Assembly (NCBI GenBank): GCA_016187225.1
Contig: JACPKC010000010.1
Span: forward strand, 67,541 to 131,540
Length of the DNA stretch: 64,000 nt
Direction: 5' to 3'
DNA from: Candidatus Berkelbacteria bacterium
GTDB lineage: Bacteria > Patescibacteriota > UBA1384 > JACPKC01
A program made the position numbers and the translations under genes. Below, one piece after another: positions 37,162-45,304 of the stretch. Numbering within the stretch: position 1 is the stretch's first letter; every line of letters starts with the position of its first letter. The notes beneath the pieces are model-generated. The model made no database searches. It saw only the letters and a program-made list of their open reading frames with translations, and was not told the DNA's origin.

Positions 37162-38268
37162 ATGGTTGAGACGCAATCCACGCAAGCCATGTTGGGCGCC
37201 AACGATCGCTCACTTTCACCACATTTAAGCGAGATGCTTAAATTCGCAATTGAACATAGCGCTTCTGACTTACACATTCAAATCGGCGTGCCGCCAGTTA
37301 TCCGCATCGACGGCAAACTTCGCTCGGTGCCAGATCAGCCCCTTTATACTCAAGAATCGGCGGCCGCCGACGTGCTTTCGAGTCTAGGGACCGTGCAACG
37401 CGAACGCTTTGCGACCGAACGCGAACTCGACTTTTCTTTTACCTTTGAAACGATGCGCTTACGTTGCAATGTTTACTATGAAAAAGGCAACATCGTCGGC
37501 GCTTACCGATTAATTCCAACTCAAATTCGAACTGTTGAACAACTTGGCTTGCCGCCGGTTTTGGTTCAGTTAACCGAACACAAACAAGGACTCGTGATTA
37601 TTACTGGCCCAACTGGCCATGGCAAATCCACCACGCTGGCGGCTTTAATCGACCATATTAATCACAATCGCTCCGAGCACATTATTACAATTGAGGATCC
37701 AATCGAGTACATTTTCGCAAATCAGAAAAGCGTCATCTCCCAACGTGAAGTGGGCTTCGATACCAAAACTTTCGCCAATGCCTTGCGCGCTTCCATGCGC
37801 CAAGACCCGAATGTAATTTTAGTCGGTGAGATGCGCGATTTGGAAACGATGGCTTCAGCGTTAACGCTCGCTGAAACTGGTCATTTAGTTTTCACAACTT
37901 TGCACACCAACTCCTCGGCCGAAACCGCTGATCGCATTATCGATGTCTTTCCGCCGCATCAACAACAGCAGATTCGCTCTCAACTTGCCTCGGTTTTATT
38001 GGGCGTCATTTCTCAACGTCTCCTGCCTAAAATCAATGGCGGGCGAGTTGCGGCGGCAGAAATTATGCTGGGCACAACCGCCGTTCGAAATACCATTCGC
38101 GAGGGCAAGACTCATCAGCTCGACAATATTATTCTCACCGGTTCAGCCGAGGGTATGATTAATCTCGATGCTGTGCTTGCCGGTCTCGTTAATAAGGGGG
38201 AAGTTACAATTGACGATGCGATCAACTGGGCGCGCGATTCTAAACAACTCAAGATTAATATCTTTTAG
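37162..38268 (+). CDS. pilT: Twitching-motility retraction ATPase PilT
   Basis: Walker A ITGPTGHGKSTT; PilT signature AIRNTIREGKTHQL; 368 aa, no zinc-finger. Confidence 0.9.
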   Translation: MVETQSTQAMLGANDRSLSPHLSEMLKFAIEHSASDLHIQIGVPPVIRIDGKLRSVPDQPLYTQESAAADVLSSLGTVQRERFATERELDFSFTFETMRLRCNVYYEKGNIVGAYRLIPTQIRTVEQLGLPPVLVQLTEHKQGLVIITGPTGHGKSTTLAALIDHINHNRSEHIITIEDPIEYIFANQKSVISQREVGFDTKTFANALRASMRQDPNVILVGEMRDLETMASALTLAETGHLVFTTLHTNSSAETADRIIDVFPPHQQQQIRSQLASVLLGVISQRLLPKINGGRVAAAEIMLGTTAVRNTIREGKTHQLDNIILTGSAEGMINLDAVLAGLVNKGEVTIDDAINWARDSKQLKINIF

Positions 38269-38270
38269 TT

Positions 38271-39353
38271 ATGCCCGAGCCCGTAAAAAAACCCGCCCTC
38301 AAGTTCGAGATTGATATTCCTTTTTTGAATAATGTTTCAGTGAGAGAGAAGTCTTTTTTAGCGCGCCAGCTGGCCACGATGCTTGCAAGCGGTTTGGCGC
38401 TTAATCGTGCCGTGGCTATTCTCGTAGCTCAAACTCAAAACAAAACCCTTAAAACGGCGCTTCAGGGTATTGAAACAGATCTCGAGGGCGGCTTGCCGTT
38501 TTCGGGCGCAATTGCCAAACATCCAAAGATTTTTGACCGAGTTTTCGTGAACGTGGTAATTTCGGGCGAAAGCGTGGGGCGCTTGGCGGATGTGCTCAAT
38601 CAACTTGCCGACCAGCTTGAAAAAGATTCCGGCTTCATGAATCGAGTTAAAGGCGCTCTGGCTTATCCAGCCTTTGTCTTTGTGGCGATGATCGTTGTCG
38701 GCGCAATTACGATGGTTTACATCATTCCGCAACTTCAAAGTGTCTTCGAGGAAGCCGGCGCCGAATTGCCATTTTTAACTCGCATGATTATCGCTATAAG
38801 TCATTTTCTACAAAACTATTGGTGGTTAATTATTATTTTTGTCGTCGTAGGTTTAGCTGTTGGTCGCACATATTTTCGTTCCAAAGCGGGCGAGCGTCTC
38901 TGGGGGCTGATTCAACTTCACCTTCCAGGGCATCTTGGCTACGATATCTATATGGCCAGGTTTAATCGCACCCTGGGAATGCTCGTGCAAGCCGGCACAC
39001 CAATTATCGAAGCAATCAGTGTCACGGCGTCGGTGATGGATAATCTGCTTTATCGCGAGTATTTGGCGGCGGCGGCCGATCAAGTTAAACGCGGCGTCCC
39101 GCTTTCCGTGCCTCTTCAAAAAACCGCGCTTTTTCCGCTCATTGTTGGCCAGATGATCGCAGTTGGCGAGCAAACAGGTCGCCTCGATCAGATTCTCTTA
39201 AAACTCGCCGAGTATTATGAAGAGGAAGCAGATAGTAAAATCAAGCAATTAAGCAGTTTAATTGAGCCGATTGTAATCGTTTTGATCGGTGTTGGAGTGG
39301 GGATTCTTGTCTATGCGATCCTGGTGCCAATCTATAATATCGCACAGTTCTAA
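38271..39353 (+). CDS. pilC: Type IV pilus inner-membrane platform protein PilC (GspF family)
   Basis: Two T2SSF repeats; three TM segments; follows pilB-pilT. Confidence 0.85.
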   Translation: MPEPVKKPALKFEIDIPFLNNVSVREKSFLARQLATMLASGLALNRAVAILVAQTQNKTLKTALQGIETDLEGGLPFSGAIAKHPKIFDRVFVNVVISGESVGRLADVLNQLADQLEKDSGFMNRVKGALAYPAFVFVAMIVVGAITMVYIIPQLQSVFEEAGAELPFLTRMIIAISHFLQNYWWLIIIFVVVGLAVGRTYFRSKAGERLWGLIQLHLPGHLGYDIYMARFNRTLGMLVQAGTPIIEAISVTASVMDNLLYREYLAAAADQVKRGVPLSVPLQKTALFPLIVGQMIAVGEQTGRLDQILLKLAEYYEEEADSKIKQLSSLIEPIVIVLIGVGVGILVYAILVPIYNIAQF

Positions 39354-39870
39354 GGGTTTTACGCTTTTAGAGCTCATGATCGTTATCACGATCGGCGGTA
39401 TTTTAATTAGTGTTGTCGGCATGAATTTTTCGTCAACGCGAAGGCAGGCGCGGGACGCGGTGCGGAAAAGTGACGTTGAGGCGATTCAAACGGCGCTCGA
39501 GCTTTATTACAACGCTCACAATGAGTTTCCCAATTTCAATACCTGGGCAACGAGCAATAACTCGATCGGATCTGGCAATTGGGCCTCGCTTCAGCAGGAT
39601 TTAAGCCCATATTTAAGTTCAATGCCGACCGATCCGGTGAATGCGAGTGGAACTACGCCTGAAAATGGCGGGCTGGCTTACGGCTATCTATCCACAGCCG
39701 CCTATGGTTGCACTGGACAATGGTATGTTCTTGTTTATACACTTGAAGTTGAGAACGATCCCGCTTTAACTCGAAGCCCAGGGATTTCTACTTGCAACAG
39801 TCAAACGCTTAACGATAGCAACCTTGCAAGCGCTCCTTGGACGTTTTGGGTCGGTGTCTCTGGGAGTTAA
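39313..39870 (+). CDS. Prepilin-type protein (pilin/pseudopilin) with class III signal peptide
   Basis: KG|FTLLELMIVITIGGIL prepilin cleavage/methylation motif; start uncertain (overlaps the pilC 3' end). Confidence 0.6.
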   Translation: MRSWCQSIISHSSKGFTLLELMIVITIGGILISVVGMNFSSTRRQARDAVRKSDVEAIQTALELYYNAHNEFPNFNTWATSNNSIGSGNWASLQQDLSPYLSSMPTDPVNASGTTPENGGLAYGYLSTAAYGCTGQWYVLVYTLEVENDPALTRSPGISTCNSQTLNDSNLASAPWTFWVGVSGS

Positions 39871-39970
39871 AATATGCTAGAGTAATCAAAAGGTATTTAT
39901 CGATCGAAGTTGAGAACGTCTTGGCTCTATCGGACAAAAATTATCACTCACAATAATAAAAGGAGGCAGA

Positions 39971-40465
39971 ATGAATTTACATAGAAGTAAACAACGAGGT
40001 TTCACGCTCCTCGAGCTCCTCGTTGTGGTTGCGATTATCGCGATTTTAGCCGCGGTGATTGTGGCAAACTTAAACTCGGCGCGAAGTAAGGCAAATGATG
40101 CCAAGGTGAAGCAGGATCTCAATGGCGTCGATCAGGCACTTGCAGTTGCGACCGCTGACCCATCGGTTCTTGGATCGGCGCCTTTAAACGCCTTAAATAA
40201 TGGCGGCGGCGTTTTAGTTGATATCGACACCGAAACGGCGCTAACAGTTAATGGTTATCTTAAGACTTTTCCAATTCCACCATCGGGTATAACGCAATAT
40301 AACTATCGTAGCAACTATTCCAATGGGATTTTCGGCTATGTGTTGTGGGGTACACTCTCAACAAAAACTGGCGCAAACAATGACTGCTGGGTTATAAACA
40401 CCGGTAACGCTTTTCAGTCGAACGGCTGTCTTGCCGCCGATACAACTGGTGTAACACTTCCGTAA
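39971..40465 (+). CDS. pilA: Type IV major pilin (PilA-like)
   Basis: Strong RBS AAAGGAGG; leader MNLHRSKQRG|FTLLELLVVVAIIAILAAV; C-terminal Cys pair; stands alone with its own RBS. Confidence 0.75.
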   Translation: MNLHRSKQRGFTLLELLVVVAIIAILAAVIVANLNSARSKANDAKVKQDLNGVDQALAVATADPSVLGSAPLNALNNGGGVLVDIDTETALTVNGYLKTFPIPPSGITQYNYRSNYSNGIFGYVLWGTLSTKTGANNDCWVINTGNAFQSNGCLAADTTGVTLP

Positions 40466-40478
40466 TTTAAGAATTTTC

Positions 40479-41273
40479 ATGTCGGAGTTTGAGCAAGCGG
40501 TCAATTTTTGGCCGCTTGCGGCGATTTTTGGTCTGTTTTGGGGTTCATTCTTGAATGTTCTTGCTTTGCGCTGGGGTTCAAAGTATCGAGGCTTGACACT
40601 CGCAGAACGGAGTCACTGCCCAAAGTGCCAAAAAATTTTAAATTGGCACGAGCTTCTGCCCCTAATAAGTCTTATACTTTTACACGGCCGTTGCCGAGGC
40701 TGTCGAAAAAAAATTGACTTGCGCTATCCAGGCGTTGAAATTTTAACCGCAGTTTTTCTTGGGGGAATAGTTTTTAAGTATGGGTTGTCAGCTCAAGCCT
40801 TAACTCTGTCAGTTGCCGGGAGTTTGCTTTTGATCGCGGCGCTAGTTGATTTTGAAACTCAAATTTTACCCGATTCTTTAGTTGCAAGCGCTTTCGTTTT
40901 AACTCTCCTTGTAACACTTTTACTGGGTCAATCAGCGCTTGTGAATCTAGCGTTTCCAGTTTCCAGTTGGTGGCGGGGCGCCTTAACCGGCGGGTTGATC
41001 ATCGGCGCGATTTTTCTTCTTACGCGTGGGAAGGGGATTGGTTTTGGCGATGTTAAATTAGCGACCGTGCTCGGATCAGTAGTCGGTATGAGCGGCGCCC
41101 TACTTATGTTGTGGAGCGCGTTTATTTTGGGCAGTCTTGTGGGCGGAACACTTCTACTTCGTCGCCGCGCAACCTTAAAGACCGCTCTTCCATTCGGCCC
41201 CTTTTTATTTGCTGGCTGGCTGATCGCGCTTTTTTGGGGTCGTGACATCATTGCATGGTATACTCAATTATAA
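40479..41273 (+). CDS. pilD: Prepilin peptidase PilD (A24 family)
   Basis: N-terminal CPKC...CRGC zinc-finger; multi-TM with the conserved Asp-containing GFGDVKL box. Confidence 0.85.
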   Translation: MSEFEQAVNFWPLAAIFGLFWGSFLNVLALRWGSKYRGLTLAERSHCPKCQKILNWHELLPLISLILLHGRCRGCRKKIDLRYPGVEILTAVFLGGIVFKYGLSAQALTLSVAGSLLLIAALVDFETQILPDSLVASAFVLTLLVTLLLGQSALVNLAFPVSSWWRGALTGGLIIGAIFLLTRGKGIGFGDVKLATVLGSVVGMSGALLMLWSAFILGSLVGGTLLLRRRATLKTALPFGPFLFAGWLIALFWGRDIIAWYTQL

Positions 41274-41292
41274 TATTGACGGGTAATAAGTT

Positions 41293-41796
41293 ATGCGTAA
41301 AAACGATACTAATCAGGGTTTCTCGCTTATCGAACTCTTAATCGTCATGGTTATTATTGGTATGTTGGCAACCGTCGTTACTATTTCGTCTTCAGCCTCA
41401 AGGGCGCAGGCGCGCGATAGTCGCCGCAAATCCGATGTCCAGACCGTGGCCGCGGCGCTTGAAACTTATCGAGTTGAGAACAAAGTTTACCCAACCGAGA
41501 ATAACTTCTCCGGAAGCTGGGACGACCTCAAAGTCGTGCTTTTCCCCGATTTTATTTCCGAATGGCCCGACGATCCACAAGGCAATGCCAGTCAATATGG
41601 CGAGGGGTATGTGTACGCAACCGACTCGCTTGGTTCGGCTTACGCGCTTGACGTCACCTTAGAAGGGGATGAAGACGTAACCTTGCAACCCAACGAAATC
41701 GACGAAACTTTGACAGTTAATCCAGATGAAGATTTTTTCGTCACAGGTATCTATAGTTATGGCGGCGACACCCATTACCGCTTCAGCGGCCGGTAA
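41293..41796 (+). CDS. Minor pilin / pseudopilin (prepilin-type N-terminus)
   Basis: NQG|FSLIELLIVMVIIGML motif. Confidence 0.65.
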   Translation: MRKNDTNQGFSLIELLIVMVIIGMLATVVTISSSASRAQARDSRRKSDVQTVAAALETYRVENKVYPTENNFSGSWDDLKVVLFPDFISEWPDDPQGNASQYGEGYVYATDSLGSAYALDVTLEGDEDVTLQPNEIDETLTVNPDEDFFVTGIYSYGGDTHYRFSGR

Positions 41797-42283
41797 GGGC
41801 TTTACCCTTATTGAACTTATCATTTCGATGGCGATCATCGTGATGCTTTTAGGTTTGGGAATTCCAGCTTTTCGACGCTATGGTTTACGAGCTGATCTAG
41901 AAAATGCAGGTGTGACTTTAGCCACTAATATCTTTCGGGCGCGCACTTTAAGTTTGGCGCCCGAAGCGAGCAAAGAAGGTAATATCACGGCCTACGGCGT
42001 TGCTTTTGATGCTCTGAATAATAAATACCGCATTGCGCGCTTTAGTGGCGAGGGGGCAAACGTTCAAGAAGAAAGCGTCGTCGATCAATTTCTTTTACCC
42101 AATCAGGTCGCTTTTTCGGTTGCGCCTGCCGAGCCGATTCTTTTTCCGCTTGCTCTTCAAGGCGAGCCGGCCCAGCTGCCCGCGGATAGCAACCTCGCTC
42201 TTTTACACACTCGACTCGCCCAAAACAACTCGCGGACTATAAACATCAATCAAGTTACCGGTCAAGTCAGCTTAGAGGAGTAA
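41759..42283 (+). CDS. Minor pilin (GspH/FimT-like)
   Basis: GKG|FTLIELIISMAIIVML motif; start uncertain (overlaps the upstream gene). Confidence 0.55.
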   Translation: MAATPITASAAGKGFTLIELIISMAIIVMLLGLGIPAFRRYGLRADLENAGVTLATNIFRARTLSLAPEASKEGNITAYGVAFDALNNKYRIARFSGEGANVQEESVVDQFLLPNQVAFSVAPAEPILFPLALQGEPAQLPADSNLALLHTRLAQNNSRTININQVTGQVSLEE

Positions 42284-42284
42284 A

Positions 42285-42905
42285 GTGAAGACAGCTTTCA
42301 ACGCGCCACCGGCGACAAGAGGTTTCGGCTTGCTTGAGGTTGTGCTCGCAACCGGTATTTTGGCGCTCGTTGTTACTGGCGCAGTGGCGCTTTTGAATGG
42401 CGCCTTGCGCCGAGCGAATTTGTCAGCCGAGCGAACGACGGCTATGAACCTTGCGCAAGAGGGGATTGAGCTTGTTCGAGCCGCTCGCGATATCACCTTC
42501 ATTGACGATGAGAATAATGCTTGGGATGCAAATTTACCGATCTCAACCGATGAAGGCACTTTGCAAGCGGCTGGTAGCGATCCTTATGGAATTGCTTATG
42601 TGCTTGTACCGGGAAGCGGTGGTCTTTATGCATGGCAACTTAGAAAAAATTACCCGCCCACAGCATTCATTGGCGGTGGGATCGCAAATGGCATCCAAAC
42701 CATCCCACTCAATGATATCGATTACCAGCGTGAGGTTTATGTAACCGTGCCATCACTTGGTTACGTTACGCAGGCTGGCTTGCCAAATGGCGTCACCGAT
42801 GACGATATTATCCGCAAGATTAAGGTAATTGTGCGATGGGGAGATAGCGCCGGGCAGGCGGTTGAGTCGATTACTTATCTCACTAATTGGCGAACGGGAA
42901 CGTGA
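42285..42905 (+). CDS. Minor pilin (PilV/PilW-like)
   Basis: TRG|FGLLEVVLATGILALVV motif; GTG start. Confidence 0.5.
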   Translation: MKTAFNAPPATRGFGLLEVVLATGILALVVTGAVALLNGALRRANLSAERTTAMNLAQEGIELVRAARDITFIDDENNAWDANLPISTDEGTLQAAGSDPYGIAYVLVPGSGGLYAWQLRKNYPPTAFIGGGIANGIQTIPLNDIDYQREVYVTVPSLGYVTQAGLPNGVTDDDIIRKIKVIVRWGDSAGQAVESITYLTNWRTGT

Positions 42906-43492
42906 TGACCAAAGGCTTCACTCTTATAGAGGTGCTTATTGCTTCATCGATTTTTGTTGGAGTGCTAATGATCGGCACAATCTCTTTCAGTTCAACAAGC
43001 ACAAAAAGTGAAGAGGTGAAGCACATTCAAACCACAGCGCAAACCGCGAGATTGATTGCCGAGGCGATTTCACGCGATGTGCGAGCCTCTACCGGTGAGA
43101 AAGCGCCCGATGGCACATATCTGCAGTATCCTTTTACGCTTTTTAGTAACAATCAAAAAGTAACCTCTCTCGTATTGGGCGTAGCGAGTGGCGACGCACT
43201 CGAAATTGCGCGCTACGATCCGACTACGCAAGCTATCGTTACAAAGAAATATGCCGTAACTCTAAATGGCAATGGCGAAGAAATTTTTTCGGTCAGTAAA
43301 AATGGGGGAGTGGCCGAATCGCTTCTTCCAACTGGTTACTCAATTCAAGGCGTCTATTTTTGGGCTGTAACGCATGAACTTGCGGCCGATCGTTTTTATC
43401 CTTTTGTGAAATTCAGTTTTGCTGTTGTTCATAATGAGTCGGGCACTTCACAAAGAATCAGCTCGGCCGTTGCCACGCGGGAACTGTTCTAA
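42905..43492 (+). CDS. Minor pilin (prepilin-type N-terminus)
   Basis: MTKG|FTLIEVLIASSIFVGV motif; ATGA overlap with the upstream minor pilin. Confidence 0.6.
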   Translation: MTKGFTLIEVLIASSIFVGVLMIGTISFSSTSTKSEEVKHIQTTAQTARLIAEAISRDVRASTGEKAPDGTYLQYPFTLFSNNQKVTSLVLGVASGDALEIARYDPTTQAIVTKKYAVTLNGNGEEIFSVSKNGGVAESLLPTGYSIQGVYFWAVTHELAADRFYPFVKFSFAVVHNESGTSQRISSAVATRELF

Positions 43493-43644
43493 ACACAGTT
43501 GATATCCGCGTATCATTACGAGGAGCCAAGGGCGACGGAGTAATCTGGTAAAGATTACCGCATAGTCGAAAAGTCTCGACAAATTTGAGCAGAAACATGT
43601 ACACTCGGCGGAGTTTTGTAATCTTTCCAAGGAGGTAAGTTGTT

Positions 43645-44778
43645 GTGCGTATTTTCTTCATTCTGGCTTTCAGCCTCCTCTCGGCCGTGCCTACCTGGGC
43701 GAAGCTAAGCGAGCAGGAGGTCCGAGCTGTTCTCATCGGAGTGGAAGAAGACAATTTAAACGATCGCTATAGCGAGTCGTGGTGGACACGAGAATTTCGT
43801 CTTTTCAGTGGCACGAACGACGAGTGGTCGCTTGATTCTTACACTCGACAACATGTGCAAAAAGAAATCAGTCGACTCCGGAGTGGCAAAACTCCACTCC
43901 GTATCTGGGAGTATGATCCAGGTCATGCGATTGTAGTCATTTACCATCTCTGGGATAAAGATCAATCCAGGCTTGTAACGAGTTCAATCGCGCACCTTGT
44001 GCGAGAGGAGGGTCGCTGGAAACAGTCGGCAAGTTCCGGAATCTGGTTGAATTATAGTGTCCTCGGTTTCCCGCGAGCAACTCCAGCTTATCTTGATCAG
44101 GATTTCGCAAAGTCTAAAAGGAACTTCTTGAACAAGAAACCCAAGAAGACTTTGGTGACCGCGGCTCAAAAAGCGCTTAAAACACTTATCCCAAAGTACG
44201 ATCTGGGGGGAACATTGTCTTCGAGTAAGTGTCTGCGTGTCATACTTTGCGAGGGTTGGAACGAGCAACGTAAAAAGTCAACCATCAAACTTTTAATTGA
44301 GCTCAATCAACCACTTACTTCAAACACATACTCAAAATACGTCTTGTTCGAGGTTGGATTGGACGACCTGGCAACAGGGAAAACGCTTGTCGTGCGTCCA
44401 CTCGATGAAAATGGAATTTTTGATTTCCCAAAGGTAGCGATTTCATACGAACTAGCCCCTCAAGTTGCGTTTGGGCCGACACGCCAGGCGCTTGCCGAAG
44501 CGAAAGGCGCGTATAAACAGGGGTGTGTTTTGTTTGCATCCTGGTGCGCCCTGAACCGACTCGATCGCGTTCAGACCTACTTTTCTTCTGACAAGCAGGG
44601 GAAAGTATGGTGGCAGGCGGCTTTCCCATTCGCCAAACTAACGTGGCAGAATGTCGAGCTCGTTGAGTTTAGCTCCGCCAAGGTCAAGCTCATCTTGCCC
44701 ACCCGGCACGGAAAAACCGCGGTTGTCTTAGTGAAAGAAGGTAATCGTTGGCGCGCCCAGTCGGTCGACAATGAGTAG
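43645..44778 (+). CDS. Secreted hypothetical protein (377 aa)
   Basis: GTG start with RBS AAGGAGG; signal peptide (FFILAFSLLSAVPTWA); no recognisable domain. Confidence 0.45.
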   Translation: MRIFFILAFSLLSAVPTWAKLSEQEVRAVLIGVEEDNLNDRYSESWWTREFRLFSGTNDEWSLDSYTRQHVQKEISRLRSGKTPLRIWEYDPGHAIVVIYHLWDKDQSRLVTSSIAHLVREEGRWKQSASSGIWLNYSVLGFPRATPAYLDQDFAKSKRNFLNKKPKKTLVTAAQKALKTLIPKYDLGGTLSSSKCLRVILCEGWNEQRKKSTIKLLIELNQPLTSNTYSKYVLFEVGLDDLATGKTLVVRPLDENGIFDFPKVAISYELAPQVAFGPTRQALAEAKGAYKQGCVLFASWCALNRLDRVQTYFSSDKQGKVWWQAAFPFAKLTWQNVELVEFSSAKVKLILPTRHGKTAVVLVKEGNRWRAQSVDNE

Positions 44779-44809
44779 ATGAGTGGCGGGGCAGGTCGCT
44801 CAATTTTCC

Positions 44810-44834
44810 AGGCCCCACAAGGGCCTTTTCTTTT
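44810..44834 (+). terminator. Intrinsic terminator (AGGCCC-CACAA-GGGCCT followed by TTTTCTTTT)
   Basis: GC hairpin plus U-tract directly after the 43645..44778 gene. Confidence 0.5.
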
Positions 44835-44869
44835 ACAGCTCACCCGAGCTTGTTATACTGCCACCATCT

Positions 44870-45304
44870 ATGCAACCCCTTGAGTATATTGTTAACACCG
44901 ACGGCGGCGCCCGTGGCAACCCAGGCCCCGCTGGCGCGGGCATTGTCATCCAAACCCAAACGGGCGAAATTTTAAGTGAGCTTAAAAAATCACTCGGCAC
45001 GCTCACGAATAATCAAGCCGAATACTGGGGCGTTATTTTTGCCCTTGAAGAGCTCAAGCAGTTTATCGTGAATGATATTGCGCCAGTTCGTTTCCATCTC
45101 GATAGCCTGCTCGTAGTTGAACAACTCAAGGGAAACTATAAAATCAAGAATGAAGGTTTAAAGCCGCTTTTTTGGAAAGTAAAAACTTTAATCGACGAAC
45201 TTGGTGTCGTGGTGAGTTTTAAGCACATTCCGCGCCGGGAAAATACTCGCGCTGACGAACTCGCCAACCAGGCGATGGATGAAGTAGATAGGTCACGAAC
45301 GTGA
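44870..45304 (+). CDS. rnhA: Ribonuclease HI
   Basis: TDGGARGNPGPAGAGIV...NNQAEY...D....H..R..NTRADELAN catalytic DEDD/H pattern; start trimmed to MQPLEYIVNTDGG. Confidence 0.75.
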   Translation: MQPLEYIVNTDGGARGNPGPAGAGIVIQTQTGEILSELKKSLGTLTNNQAEYWGVIFALEELKQFIVNDIAPVRFHLDSLLVVEQLKGNYKIKNEGLKPLFWKVKTLIDELGVVVSFKHIPRRENTRADELANQAMDEVDRSRT

